This document shows, one piece after another, positions 44,101 through 59,800 of a stretch of DNA of 64,000 nucleotides; within the stretch, counting starts at the first letter, position 1, and the number at the start of each line of letters is the position of its first letter. The notes under the pieces were generated by a model, which had not been told where the DNA came from, did no database searches, and was given only the letters and a program-made list of their open reading frames with translations. Made by a program: the position numbers and the translations under genes. The DNA comes from Eledone cirrhosa (lineage: Eukaryota), in contig OZ024742.1 of the NCBI GenBank assembly GCA_964016885.1, positions 367,288,001 to 367,352,000 of the forward strand, written 5' to 3'.

Positions 44101-47100
44101 TGGGCACATTTACAAAGAATAATTCAGTATACATGTACTTGGGCACATTTACAAAGAATATTACAGTATACATGTATCTGAGCACATTTACAAAGAATAT
44201 TACAGTATACATGTACCTGAGCACATTTACAAAGAATATTACAGTATACATGTACCTGAGCACATTTACAAAGAATATTATAGTATACTTGTACCTGAGC
44301 ACATTTACAAAGAGTATTACAGTATACATATACCTGAGCTCATTTACAAAGAATATTACAGTATACATATACCTGAGCACATTTACAAAGAATATTACAG
44401 TATACATGTACCTGAGCTCATTTACAAAGAATATTATAGTATACATGTACCTGAGCACATTTACAAAGAATATTACAGTATACATTTACCTGAGCTCATT
44501 TACTAGGAATATTACAGTATACGTGTATCTGGGCACATTTACAAAGAATATTATATTATACATATACCTGAGCACATTTACAAAGAATATTACAGTATAC
44601 ATTTACTTGGGCACATTTACAAAGAATATTACAGTATACATGTACTTGGGCACATTTACAAAGAATATTACAGTATACATGTACCTGAGCACATTTACAA
44701 AGAATATTACAGTATACATGTACTTGGGCACATTTACAAAGAATATTACAGTATACATGTACCTGAGCACATTTACAAAGAATATTACAGTATACATTTA
44801 CTTGGGCACATTTACAAAGAATATTACAGTATACATGTACTTGGTCACATTTACAAAGAATATTAAAGTATACATTTACTTGGGCACATTTACAAAGAAT
44901 ATTACAGTATGCATGTTCTTGGGCACATTTACAAAGAATATTACAGTATACATGTACTTGGGCACATTTACAAAGAATATTACAGTATACATGTACCTGA
45001 GCACATTCACAAAGAATATTACAGTATACATGTACCTGAGCACATCTACAAAGAATATTATAGTATACATGTACCTCAGCACATTTACAAAGAATATTAC
45101 AGTATACATGTACCGGAGCACATTTACAAAGAATAGTACAGTATACATGTATCTGAGCACATTTACAAAGAATATTACAGTATACATGTACCTGAGCACA
45201 TTTACAAAGAATATTATAGTATACATGTACCTGAGCACATTTACAAAGAATATTACAGTATACATGTACTTGGGCACATTTACAAAGAATATTATAGTAT
45301 ACATGTATCTGAGCTCATTTACAAAGAATATTATAGCATACATGTACCTGAGCTCATTTACAAAGAATATTATAGTATACATGTACCTGAGCACATTTAC
45401 AAAGAATATTACAGTATACATTTACCTGAGCTCATTTACTAGGAATATTACAGTATACATTTACTTGGGCACATTTACAAAGAATATTACAGTATACATG
45501 TACTTGGACACATTTACAAAGAATATTACAGTATACATTTACTTGGGCACATTTACAAAGAATATTACAGTATACATGTACTTGGGCACATTTACAAAGA
45601 ATATTACAGTATACATGTACTTGGGCACATTTACAAAGAATATTACAGTATACATGTACCTGAGCACATTTACAAAGAATATTACAGTATACATGTACCT
45701 GAGCACATCTACAAAGAATATTATAGTATACATGTACCTGAGCACATTTACAAAGAATATTACAGTATACATGTACCGGAGCACATTTACAAAGAATATT
45801 ACAGTATACATGTACCTGAGCACATTTACAAAGAATATTACAGTATACATGTACTTGGGCACATTTACAAAGAATATTACAGTATACATGTAACTGGGCA
45901 CATTAACAAGAATATTACAGTATACATGTACCTGAGCACATTTACAAAGAATATTACAGTTTACATATACCTGAGCACATTTACAAAGAATATTACAGTA
46001 TACATGTACCTGAGCCCATTTACAAAGAATATTACAGTATACATGTACCTGAGCACATTTACAAAGAATATTACAGTATACATGTACCTGAGCACATTTT
46101 CAAAGCATATTACAGTATACATGTACCGGAGCACATTTACAAACAATATTACAGTATACATTTACCTGAGCTCATTTACAAGAAATATTACAGTATACAT
46201 GTACCTGGGCACATTTACAAAGAATATTATATTATACATTTACCTGAGCTCATTTACAAAGAATATTATAGTATACATGTACCTGAGCACATTTACAAAG
46301 AATATTATAGTATACATGTACCTGAGCACATTTACAAGGAATATTACAGTAAACATATACCTGAGCACATTTACAAAGAATATTACAGTATACATGTAAT
46401 TGGGTACATTTACAAAGAATATTATAGTATACATGTACATGAGCACATTTACAAAGAATATTACAGTATACATGTACCTGAGCACATTTACAAAGAATAT
46501 TGCAGTATACATGTACCTGAGCACATTTACAAAGAATATTATATTATACATGTACTTGGGCACATTTACAAAGAATAATTCAGTATACATGTACTTGGGC
46601 ACATTTACAAAGAATATTACAGTATACATGTATCTGAGCACATTTACAAAGAATATTACAGTATACATGTACCTGAGCACATTTACAAAGAATATTACAG
46701 TATACATGTACCTGAGCACATTTACAAAGAATATTATAGTATACTTGTACCTGAGCACATTTACAAAGAGTATTACAGTATACATATACCTGAGCTCATT
46801 TACAAAGAATATTACAGTATACATATACCTGAGCACATTTACAAAGAATATTACAGTATACATGTACCTGAGCTCATTTACAAAGAATATTATAGTATAC
46901 ATGTACCTGAGCACATTTACAAAGAATATTACAGTATACATTTACCTGAGCTCATTTACTAGGAATATTACAGTATACGTGTATCTGGGCACATTTACAA
47001 AGAATATTATATTATACATATACCTGAGCACATTTACAAAGAATATTACAGTATACATTTACTTGGGCACATATACAAAGAATATTACAGTATACATGTA

Positions 47101-47899
47101 CTTGGGCACATTTACAAAGAATATTACAGTATACATGTACCTGAGCACATTTACAAAGAATATTACAGTATACATGTACTTGGGCACATTTACAAAGAAT
47201 ATTACAGTATACATGTACCTGAGCACATTTACAAAGAATATTACAATATACATTTACTTGGGCACATTTACAAAGAATATTACAGTATACATGTACTTGG
47301 GCACATTTACAAAGAATATTAAAGTATACATTTACTTGGGCACATTTACAAAGAATATTACAGTATACATGTGCTTGGGCACATTTACAAAGAATATTAC
47401 AGTATACATGTACTTGGGCACATTTACAAAGAATATTACAGTATACATGTACCTGAGCACATTCACAAAGAATATTACAGTATACATGTACCTGAGCACA
47501 TCTACAAAGAATATTATAGTATACATGTACCTGAGCACATTTACAAAGAATATTACAGTATACATGTACCGGAGCACATTTACAAAGAATAGTACAGTAT
47601 ACATGTATCTGAGCACATTTACAAAGAATATTACAGTATACATGTACCTGAGCACATTTACAAAGAATATTATAGTATACATGTACCTGAGCACATTTAC
47701 AAAGAATATTACAGTATACATGTACTTGGGCACATTTACAAAGAATATTATAGTATACATGTATCTGAGCTCATTTACAAAGAATATTATAGCATACATG
47801 TACCTGAGCTCATTTACAAAGAATATTATAGTATACATGTACCTGAGCACATTTACAAAGAATATTACAGTATACATTTAACTGAGCTCATTTACTAGG

Positions 47900-50800
47900 A
47901 ATATTATAGTATACGTGTATCTGGGCACATTTACAAAGAATATTATATTATACATATACCTGAGCACATTTACAAAGAATATTACAGTATACATATACCT
48001 GAGCACATTTACAAAGAATATTACTGTATACATTTACTTGGGCACATTTACAAAGAATATTACAGTATACATGTACCTGAGCACATTTACAAAGAATATT
48101 ACAGTATACATGTACCTGAGCACATTTACAAAGAATATTACAGTATACACATACCTGAGCTCATTTACAAAGAATATTACAGTATACATTTACTTGGCAC
48201 ATTTACAAAGAATATTACAGTATACATGTACCTGAGCACATTTACAAAGAATATTACAGTATACATTTACTTGGGCACATTTACAAAGAATATTACAGTA
48301 TACATGTACCTGAGCTCATTTACGAAGAATATTATAGTATACATGTACCTGAGCACATTTACAAAGAATATTACAGTATACATTTACCTGAGCTCATTTA
48401 CTAGGAATATTACAGTATACATTTACTTGGGCACATTTACAAAGAATATTACAGTATACATGTACTTGGACACATTTACAAAGAATATTACAGTATGCAT
48501 TTACTTGGGCACATTTACAAAGAATATTACAGTATACATGTACTTGGGCACATTTACAAAGAATATTACAGTATACATGTACTTGGGCACATTTACAAAG
48601 AATATTACAGTATACATGTACCTGAGCACATTTACAAAGAATATTACAGTATACATGTACCTGAGCACATTTACAAAGAATATTACAGTATACATTTACC
48701 TGAGCTCATTTACTAGGAATATTACAGTATACATTTACTTGGGCACATTTACAAAGAATATTACAGTATACATGTACTTGGACACATTTACAAAGAATAT
48801 TACAGTATACATTTACTTGGGCACATTTACAAAGAATATTACAGTATACATGTACTTGGGCACATTTACAAAGAATATTACAGTATACATGTACTTGGGC
48901 ACATTAACAAGAATATTACAGTATACATGTACCTGAGCACATTTACAAAGAATATTACAGTATACATTTACTTGGGCACATTTACAAAGAATATTACAGT
49001 ATACATGTACCTGAGCTCATTTACAAAGAATATTATAGTATACATGTACCTGAGCGCATTTACAAAGAATATTACAGTATACATTTACCTGAGCTCATTT
49101 ACTAGGAATATTACAGTATACATTTACTTGGGCACATTTACAAAGAATATTACAGTATACATGTACTTGGACACATTTACAAAGAATATTACAGTATACA
49201 TTTACTTGGGCACATTTACAAAGAATATTACAGTATACATGTACTTGGGCACATTTACAAAGAATATTACAGTATACATGTACTTGGGCACATTTACAAA
49301 GAATATTACAGTATACATGTACCTGAGCACATTTACAAAGAATATTACAGTATACATGTACCTGAGCACATCTACAAAGAATATTATAGTATACATGTAC
49401 CTGAGCACATTTACAAAGAATATTACAGTATACATGTACCGGAGCACATTTACAAAGAATAGTACAGTATACATGTATCTGAGCACATTTACAAAGAATA
49501 TTACAGTATACATGTACCTGAGCACATTTACAAAGAATATTATAGTATACATGTACCTGAGCACATTTACAAAGAATATTACAGTATACATGTACTTGGG
49601 CACATTTACAAAGAATATTATAGTATACATGTATCTGAGCTCATTTACAAAGAATATTATAGCATACATGTACCTGAGCTCATTTACAAAGAATATTATA
49701 GTATACATGTACCTGAGCACATTTACAAAGAATATTACAGTATACATTTAACTGAGCTCATTTACTAGGAATATTATAGTATACGTATATCTGGGCACAT
49801 TTACAAAGAATATTATATTATACATATACCTGAGCACATTTACAAAGAATATTACAGTATACATATACCTGAGCACATTTACAAAGAATATTACTGTATA
49901 CATTTACTTGGGCACATTTACAAAGAATATTACAGTATACATGTACCTGAGCACATTTACAAAGAATATTACAGTATACATGTACCTGAGCACATTTACA
50001 AAGAATATTACAGTATACACATACCTGAGCTCATTTACAAAGAATATTACAGTATACATTTACTTGGCACATTTACAAAGAATATTACAGTATACATGTA
50101 CCTGAGCACATTTACAAAGAATATTACAGTATACATTTACTTGGGCACATTTACAAAGAATATTACTGTATACATGTACCTGAGCTCATTTACGAAGAAT
50201 ATTATAGTATACATGTACCTGAGCACATTTACAAAGAATATTACAGTATACATTTACCTGAGCTCATTTACTAGGAATATTACAGTATACATTTACTTGG
50301 GCACATTTACAAAGAATATTACAGTATACATGTACTTGGACACATTTACAAAGAATATTACAGTATGCATTTACTTGGGCACATTTACAAAGAATATTAC
50401 AGTATACATGTACTTGGGCACATTTACAAAGAATATTACAGTATACATGTACTTGGGCACATTTACAAAGAATATTACAGTATACATGTACCTGAGCACA
50501 TTTACAAAGAATATTACAGTATACATGTACCTGAGCACATTTACAAAGAATATTACAGTATACATTTACCTGAGCTCATTTACTAGGAATATTACAGTAT
50601 ACATTTACTTGGGCACATTTACAAAGAATATTACAGTATACATGTACTTGGACACATTTACAAAGAATATTACAGTATACATTTACTTGGGCACATTTAC
50701 AAAGAATATTACAGTATACATGTACTTGGGCACATTTACAAAGAATATTACAGTATACATGTACTTGGGCACATTAACAAGAATATTACAGTATACATGT

Positions 50801-53800
50801 ACCTGAGCACATTTACAAAGAATATTACAGTATACATTTACTTGGGCACATTTACAAAGAATATTACAGTATACATGTACCTGAGCTCATTTACAAAGAA
50901 TATTATAGTATACATGTACCTGAGCACATTTACAAAGAATATTACAGTATACATTTACCTGAGCTCATTTACTAGGAATATTACAGTATACATTTACTTG
51001 GGCACATTTACAAAGAATATTACAGTATACATGTACTTGGACACATTTACAAAGAATATTACAGTATACATTTACTTGGGCACATTTACAAAGAATATTA
51101 CAGTATACATGTAGTTGGGCACATTTACAAAGAATATTACAGTATACATGTACTTGGGCACATTTACAAAGAATATTACAGTATACATGTACCTGAGCAC
51201 ATTTACAAAGAATATTACAGTATACATGTACCTGAGCACATCTACAAAGAATATTATAGTATACATGTACCTGAGCACATTTACAAAGAATATTACAGTA
51301 TACATGTACCGGAGCACATTTACAAAGAATATTACAGTATACATGTACCTGAGCACATTTACAAAGAATATTACAGTATACATGTACTTGGGCACATTTA
51401 CAAAGAATATTACAGTATACATGTACTTGGGCACATTAACAAGAATATTACAGTATACATGTACCTGAGCACATTTACAAAGAATATTACAGTTTACATA
51501 TAGCTGAGCACATTTACAAAGAATATTACAGTATACATGTACCTGAGCACATTTACAAAGAATATTACAGTATACATGTACCTGAGCACATTTACAAAGA
51601 ATATTATAGTATACATGTACCTGAGCACATTTACAAAGAATATTACAGTATACATGTACCTGAGCACATTTACAAAGAATATTACAGTATACATGTACCT
51701 GAGCACATTTAAAAAGCATATTACAGTATACATGTACCGGAGCACATTTACAAACAATATTACAGTATACATTTACCTGAGCACATTTACAAAGAATATT
51801 ACAGTATACATATACCTGAGCACATTTACAAAGAATATTACTGTATACATTTACTTGGGCACATTTACAAAGAATATTACAGTATACATGTACCTGAGCA
51901 CATTTACAAAGAATATTACAGTATACATGTACCTGAGCACATTTACAAAGAATATTACAGTATACACATACCTGAGCTCATTTACAAAGAATATTACAGT
52001 ATGCATTTACTTGGGCACATTTACAAAGAATATTACAGTATGCATTTACTTGGGCACATTTACAAAGAATATTACAGTATACATGTACTTGGGCACATTT
52101 ACAAAGAATATTACAGTATACATGTACTTGGGCACATTTACAAAGAATATTACAGTATACATGTACCTGAGCACATTTACAAAGAATATTACAGTATACA
52201 TGTACCTGAGCACATTTACAAAGAATATTACAGTATACATTTACCTGAGCTCATTTACTAGGAATATTACAGTATACATTTACTTGGGCACATTTACAAA
52301 GAATATTACAGTATACATGTACTTGGACACATTTACAAAGAATATTACAGTATACATTTACTTGGGCACATTTACAAAGAATATTACAGTATACATGTAC
52401 TTGGGCACATTTACAAAGAATATTACAGTATACATGTACTTGGGCACATTAACAAGAATATTACAGTATACATGTACCTGAGCACATTTACAAAGAATAT
52501 TACAGTATACATTTACTTGGGCACATTTACAAAGAATATTACAGTATACATGTACCTGAGCTCATTTACAAAGAATATTATAGTATATATGTACCTGAGC
52601 ACATTTACAAAGAATATTACAGTATACATTTACCTGAGCTCATTTACTAGGAATATTACAGTATACATTTACTTGGGCACATTTACAAAGAATATTACCG
52701 TATACATGTACTTGGACACATTTACAAAGAATATTACAGTATACATTTACTTGGGCACATTTACAAAGAATATTACAGTATACATGTACTTGGGCACATT
52801 TACAAAGAATATTACAGTATACATGTACTTGGGCACATTTACAAAGAATATTACAGTATACATGTACCTGAGCACATTTACAAAGAATATTACAGTATAC
52901 ATGTACCTGAGCACATCTACAAAGAATATTATAGTATACATGTACCTGAGCACATTTACAAAGAATATTACAGTATACATGTACCGGAGCACATTTACAA
53001 AGAATATTACAGTATACATGTACCTGAGCACATTTACAAAGAATATTACAGTATACATGTACTTGGGCACATTTACAAAGAATATTACAGTATACATGTA
53101 CTTGGGCACATTAACAAGAATATTACAGTATACATGTACCTGAGCACATTTACAAAGAATATTACAGTTTACATATAGCTGAGCACATTTACAAAGAATA
53201 TTACAGTATACATGTACCTGAGCACATTTACAAAGAATATTACAGTATACATGTACCTGAGCACATTTACAAAGAATATTATAGTATACATGTACCTGAG
53301 CACATTTACAAAGAATATTACAGTATACATGTACCTGAGCACATTTACAAAGAATATTACAGTATACATGTACCTGAGCACATTTAAAAAGCATATTACA
53401 GTATACATGTACCGGAGCACATTTACAAACAATATTACAGTATACATTTACCTGAGCACATTTACAAAGAATATTACAGTATACATATACCTGAGCACAT
53501 TTACAAAGAATATTACTGTATACATTTACTTGGGCACATTTACAAAGAATATTACAGTATACATGTACCTGAGCACATTTACAAAGAATATTACAGTATA
53601 CATGTACCTGAGCACATTTACAAAGAATATTACAGTATACACATACCTGAGCTCATTTACAAAGAATATTACAGTATACATTTACTTGGGCACATTTACA
53701 AAGAATATTACAGTATACATGTACCTGAGCACATTTACAAAGAATATTACAGTATACATTTACTTGGGCACATTTACAAAGAATATTACAGTATACATGT

Positions 53801-56800
53801 ACCTGAGCTCATTGACGAAGAATATTATAGTATACATGTACCTGAGCACATTTACAAAGAATATTACAGTATACATTTACCTGAGCTCATTTACTAGGAA
53901 TATTACAGTATACATTTACTTGGGCACATTTACAAAGAATATCACAGTATACATGTACTTGGACACATTTACAAAGAATATTACAGTATACATTTACTTG
54001 GGCACATTTACAAAGAATATTACAGTATACATGTACTTGGGCACATTTACAAAGAATATTACAGTATACATGTACTTGGGCACATTTACAAAGAATATTA
54101 CAGTATACATGTACCTGAGCACATTTACAAAGAATATTACAGTATACATGTACCTGAGCACATTTACAAAGAATATTACAGTATACATTTACCTGAGCTC
54201 ATTTACTAGGAATATTACAGTATACATTTACTTGGGCACATTTACAAAGAATATTACAGTATACATGTACTTGGACACATTTACAAAGAATATTACAGTA
54301 TACATTTACTTGGGCACATTTACAAAGAATATTACAGTATACATGTACTTGGGCACATTTACAAAGAATATTACAGTATACATGTACTTGGGCACATTAA
54401 CAAGAATATTACAGTATACATGTACCTGAGCACATTTACAAAGAATATTACAGTATACATTTACTTGGGCACATTTACAAAGAATATTACAGTATACATG
54501 TACCTGAGCTCATTTACAAAGAATATTATAGTATACATGTACCTGAGCACATTTACAAAGAATATTACAGTATACATTTACCTGAGCTCATTTACTAGGA
54601 ATATTACAGTATACATTTACTTGGGCACATTTACAAAGAATATTACAGCATACATGTACTTGGACACATTTACAAAGAATATTACAGTATACATTTACTT
54701 GGGCACATTTACAAAGAATATTACAGTATACATGTACTTGGGCACATTTACAAAGAATATTACAGTATACATGTAATTGGGCACATTTACAAAGAATATT
54801 ACAGTATACATGTACCTGAGCACATTTACAAAGAATATTACAGTATACATGTACCTGAGCACATCTACAAAGAATATTATAGTATACATGTACCTGAGCA
54901 CATTTACAAAGAATATTACAGTATACATGTACCGGAGCACATTTACAAAGAATATTACAGTATACATGTACCTGAGCACATTTACAAAGAATATTACAGT
55001 ATACATGTACTTGGGCACATTTACAAAGAATATTACAGTATACATGTACTTGGGCACATTAACAAGAATATTACAGTATACATGTACCTGAGCACATTTA
55101 CAAAGAATATTACAGTTTACATATACCTGAGCACATTTACAAAGAATATTACAGTATACATGTACCTGAGCACATTTACAAAGAATATTACAGTATACAT
55201 GTACCTGAGCACATTTACAAAGAATATTACAGTATACACATACCTGAGCTCATTTACAAAGAATATTACAGTATACATTTACTTGGGCACATTTACAAAG
55301 AATATTACAGTATACATGTACCTGAGCACATTTACAAAGAATATTACAGTATACATTTACTTGGGCACATTTACAAAGAATATTACAGTATACATGTACC
55401 TGAGCTCATTTACGAAGAATATTATAGTATACATGTACCTGAGCACATTTACAAAGAATATTACAGTATACATTTACCTGAGCTCATTTACTAGGAATAT
55501 TACAGTATACATTTACTTGGGCACATTTACAAAGAATATTACAGTATACATGTACTTGGACACATTTACAAAGAATATTACAGTATGCATTTACTTGGGC
55601 ACATTTACAAAGAATATTACAGTATACATGTACTTGGGCACATTTACAAAGAATATTACAGTATACATGTACTTGGGCACATTTACAAAGAATATTACAG
55701 TATACATGTACCTGAGCACATTTACAAAGAATATTACAGTATACATGTACCTGAGCACATTTACAAAGAATATTACAGTATACATTTACCTGAGCTCATT
55801 TACTAGGAATATTACAGTATACATTTACTTGGGCACATTTACAAAGAATATTACAGTATACATGTACTTGGACACATTTACAAAGAATATTACAGTATAC
55901 ATTTACTTGGGCACATTTACAAAGAATATTACAGTATACATGTACTTGGGCACATTTACAAAGAATATTACAGTATACATGTACTTGGGCACATTAACAA
56001 GAATATTACAGTATACATGTACCTGAGCACATTTACAAAGAATATTACAGTATACATTTACTTGGGCACACTTACAAAGAATATTACAGTATACATGTAC
56101 CTGAGCTCATTTACAAAGAATATTATAGTATACATGTACCTGAGCACATTTACAAAGAATATTACAGTATACATTTATCTGAGCTCATTTACTAGGAATA
56201 TTACAGTATACATTTACTTGGGCACATTTACAAAGAATATTACAGTATACATGTACTTGGACACATTTACAAAGAATATTACAGTATACATTTACTTGGG
56301 CACATTTACAAAGAATATTACAGTATACATGTACTTGGGCACATTTACAAAGAATATTACAGTATACATGTACTTGGGCACATTTACAAAGAATATTACA
56401 GTATACATGTACCTGAGCACATTTACAAAGAATATTACAGTATACATGTACCTGAGCACATCTACAAAGAATATTATAGTATACATGTACCTGAGCACAT
56501 TTACAAAGAATATTACAGTATACATGTACCGGAGCACATTTACAAAGAATATTACAGTATACATGTACCTGAGCACATTTACAAAGAATATTACAGTATA
56601 CATGTACTTGGGCACATTTACAAAGAATATTACAGTATACATGTACTTGGGCACATTAACAAGAATATTACAGTATACATGTACCTGAGCACATTTACAA
56701 AGAATATTACAGTTTACATATAGCTGAGCACATTTACAAAGAATATTACAGTATACATGTACCTGAGCACATTTACAAAGAATATTACAGTATACATGTA

Positions 56801-59800
56801 CCTGAGCACATTTAAAAAGCATATTACAGTATACATGTACCGGAGCACATTTACAAACAATATTACAGTATACATTTACCTGAGCACATTTACAAAGAAT
56901 ATTACAGTATACATATAGCTAAGCACATTTACAAAGAATATTACTGTATACATTTACTTGGGCACATTTACAAAGAATATTACAGTATACATGTACCTGA
57001 GCACATTTACAAAGAATAGTACAGTATACATGTACCTGAGCACATTTACAAAGAATATTACAGTATACACATACCTGAGCTCATTTACAAAGAATATTAC
57101 AGTATACATTTACTTGGGCACATTTACAAAGAATACTACAGTATACATGTACCTGAGCACATTTACAAAGAATATTACAGTATACATTTACTTGGGCACA
57201 TTTACAAAGAATATTACAGTATACATGTACCTGAGCTCATTGACGAAGAATATTATAGTATACATGTACCTGAGCACATTTACAAAGAATATTACAGTAT
57301 ACATTTACCTGAGCTCATTTACTAGGAATATTACAGTATACATTTACTTGGGCACATTTACAAAGAATATCACAGTATACATGTACTTGGACACATTTAC
57401 AAAGAATATTACAGTATACATTTACTTGGGCACATTTACAAAGAATATTACAGTATACATGTACTTGGGCACATTTACAAAGAATATTACAGTATACATG
57501 TACTTGGGCACATTTACAAAGAATATTACAGTATACATGTACCTGAGCACATTTACAAAGAATATTACAGTATACATGTACCTGAGCACATTTACAAAGA
57601 ATATTACAGTATACATTTACCTGAGCTCATTTACTAGGAATATTACAGTATACATTTACTTGGGCACATTTACAAAGAATATTACAGTATACATGTACTT
57701 GGACACATTTACAAAGAATATTACAGTATACATTTACTTGGGCACATTTACAAAGAATATTACAGTATACATGTACTTGGGCACATTTACAAAGAATATT
57801 ACATTATACATGTACTTGGGCACATTAACAAGAATATTACAGTATACATGCACCTGAGCACATTTACAAAGAATATTACAGTATACATTTACTTGGGCAC
57901 ATTTACAAAGAATATTACAGTATACATGTACCTGAGCTCATTTACAAAGAATATTATAGTATACATGTACCTGAGCACATTTACAAAGAATATTACAGTA
58001 TACATTTACCTGAGCTCATTTACTAGGAATATTACAGTATACATTTACTTGGGCACATTTACAAAGAATATTACAGTATACATGTACTTGGACACATTTA
58101 CAAAGAATATTACAGTATACATTTACTTGGGCACATTTACAAAGAATATTACAGTATACATGTACTTGGGCACATTTACAAAGAATATTACAGTATACAT
58201 GTACTTGGGCACATTTACAAAGAATATTACAGTATACATGTACTTGGGCACATTTACAAAGAATATTGCAGTATACATGTACTTGGGCACATTTACAAAG
58301 AATATTACAGTATACATGTACTTGGGCACATTTACAAAGAATATTACAGTATACATGTACCTGAGCACATTTACAAAGAATATTACAGTATACATGTACC
58401 TGAGCACATCTACAAAGAATATTATAGTATACATGTACCTGAGCACATTTACAAAGAATATTACAGTATACATGTACCGGAGCACATTTACAAAGAATAT
58501 TACAGTATACATGTACCTGAGCACATTTACAAAGAATATTACAGTATACATGTACTTGGGCACATTTACAAAGAATATTACAGTATACATGTACTTGGGC
58601 ACATTAACAAGAATATTACAGTATACATGTACCTGAGCACATTTACAAAGAATATTACAGTTTACATATAGCTGAGCACATTTACAAAGAATATTACAGT
58701 ATACATGTACCTGAGCACATTTACAAAGAATATTACAGTATACATGTACCTGAGCACATTTAAAAAGCATATTACAGTATACATGTACCGGAGCACATTT
58801 ACAAACAATATTACAGTATACATTTACCTGAGCACATTTACAAAGAATATTACAGTATACATATAGCTGAGCACATTTACAAAGAATATTACTGTATACA
58901 TTTACTTGGGCATATTTACAAAGAATATTACAGTATACATGTACCTGAGCACATTTACAAAGAATATTACAGTATACATGTACCTGAGCACATTTACAAA
59001 GAATATTACAGTATACACATACCTGAGCTCATTTACAAAGAATATTACAGTATACATTTACTTGGGCACATTTACAAAGAATACTACAGTATACATGTAC
59101 CTGAGCACATTTACAAAGAATATTACAGTATACATTTACTTGGGCACATTTACAAAGAATATTACAGTATACATGTACCTGAGCTCATTGACGAAGAATA
59201 TTATAGTATACATGTACCTGAGCACATTTACAAAGAATATTACAGTATACATTTACCTGAGCTCATTTACTAGGAATATTACAGTATACATTTACTTGGG
59301 CACATTTACAAAGAATATCACAGTATACATGTAGTTGGACACATTTACAAAGAATATTACAGTATACATTTACTTGGGCACATTTACAAAGAATATTACA
59401 GTATACATGTACTTGGGCACATTTACAAAGAATATTACAGTATACATGTACTTGGGCACATTTACAAAGAATATTACAGTATACATGTACCTGAGCACAT
59501 TTACAAAGAATATTACAGTATACATGTACCTGAGCACATTTACAAAGAATATTACAGTATACATTTACCTGAGCTCATTTACTAGGAATATTACAGTATA
59601 CATTTACTTGGGCACATTTACAAAGAATATTACAGTATACATGTACTTGGACACATTTACAAAGAATATTACAGTATACATTTACTTGGGCACATTTACA
59701 AAGAATATTACAGTATACATGTACTTGGGCACATTTACAAAGAATATTACATTATACATGTACTTGGGCACATTAACAAGAATATTACAGTATACATGTA

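Larger units (their letters stand above)
23000..47900. repeat. Central homogeneous HOR domain with a modal unit of 61 monomers (2,378 bp)
   Basis: The marker monomer GTAACTGGGCACATTAACAAG has its TAA ending at 25076, 29326, 31704, 32834, 35173, 37629, 40007, 41137, 43515 and 45893. Spacings are 4250, 2378, 1130, 2339, 2456, 2378, 1130, 2378 and 2378, each n x 39 - 1 (n = 109, 61, 29, 60, 63, 61, 29, 61, 61). Confidence 0.95.

Noticed and set aside
29359-45925. Central HOR copies as a pure assembly artefact
   Set aside because: Copies carry private variants (e.g. ~35923 CATGTACAAA, ~37228 ACATTA, ~39253 AGTAGAG, ~42437 TTATAAA, ~44917 ATGTTCTT) and nested shared variants consistent with a genealogy. 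Read-level validation is still needed.
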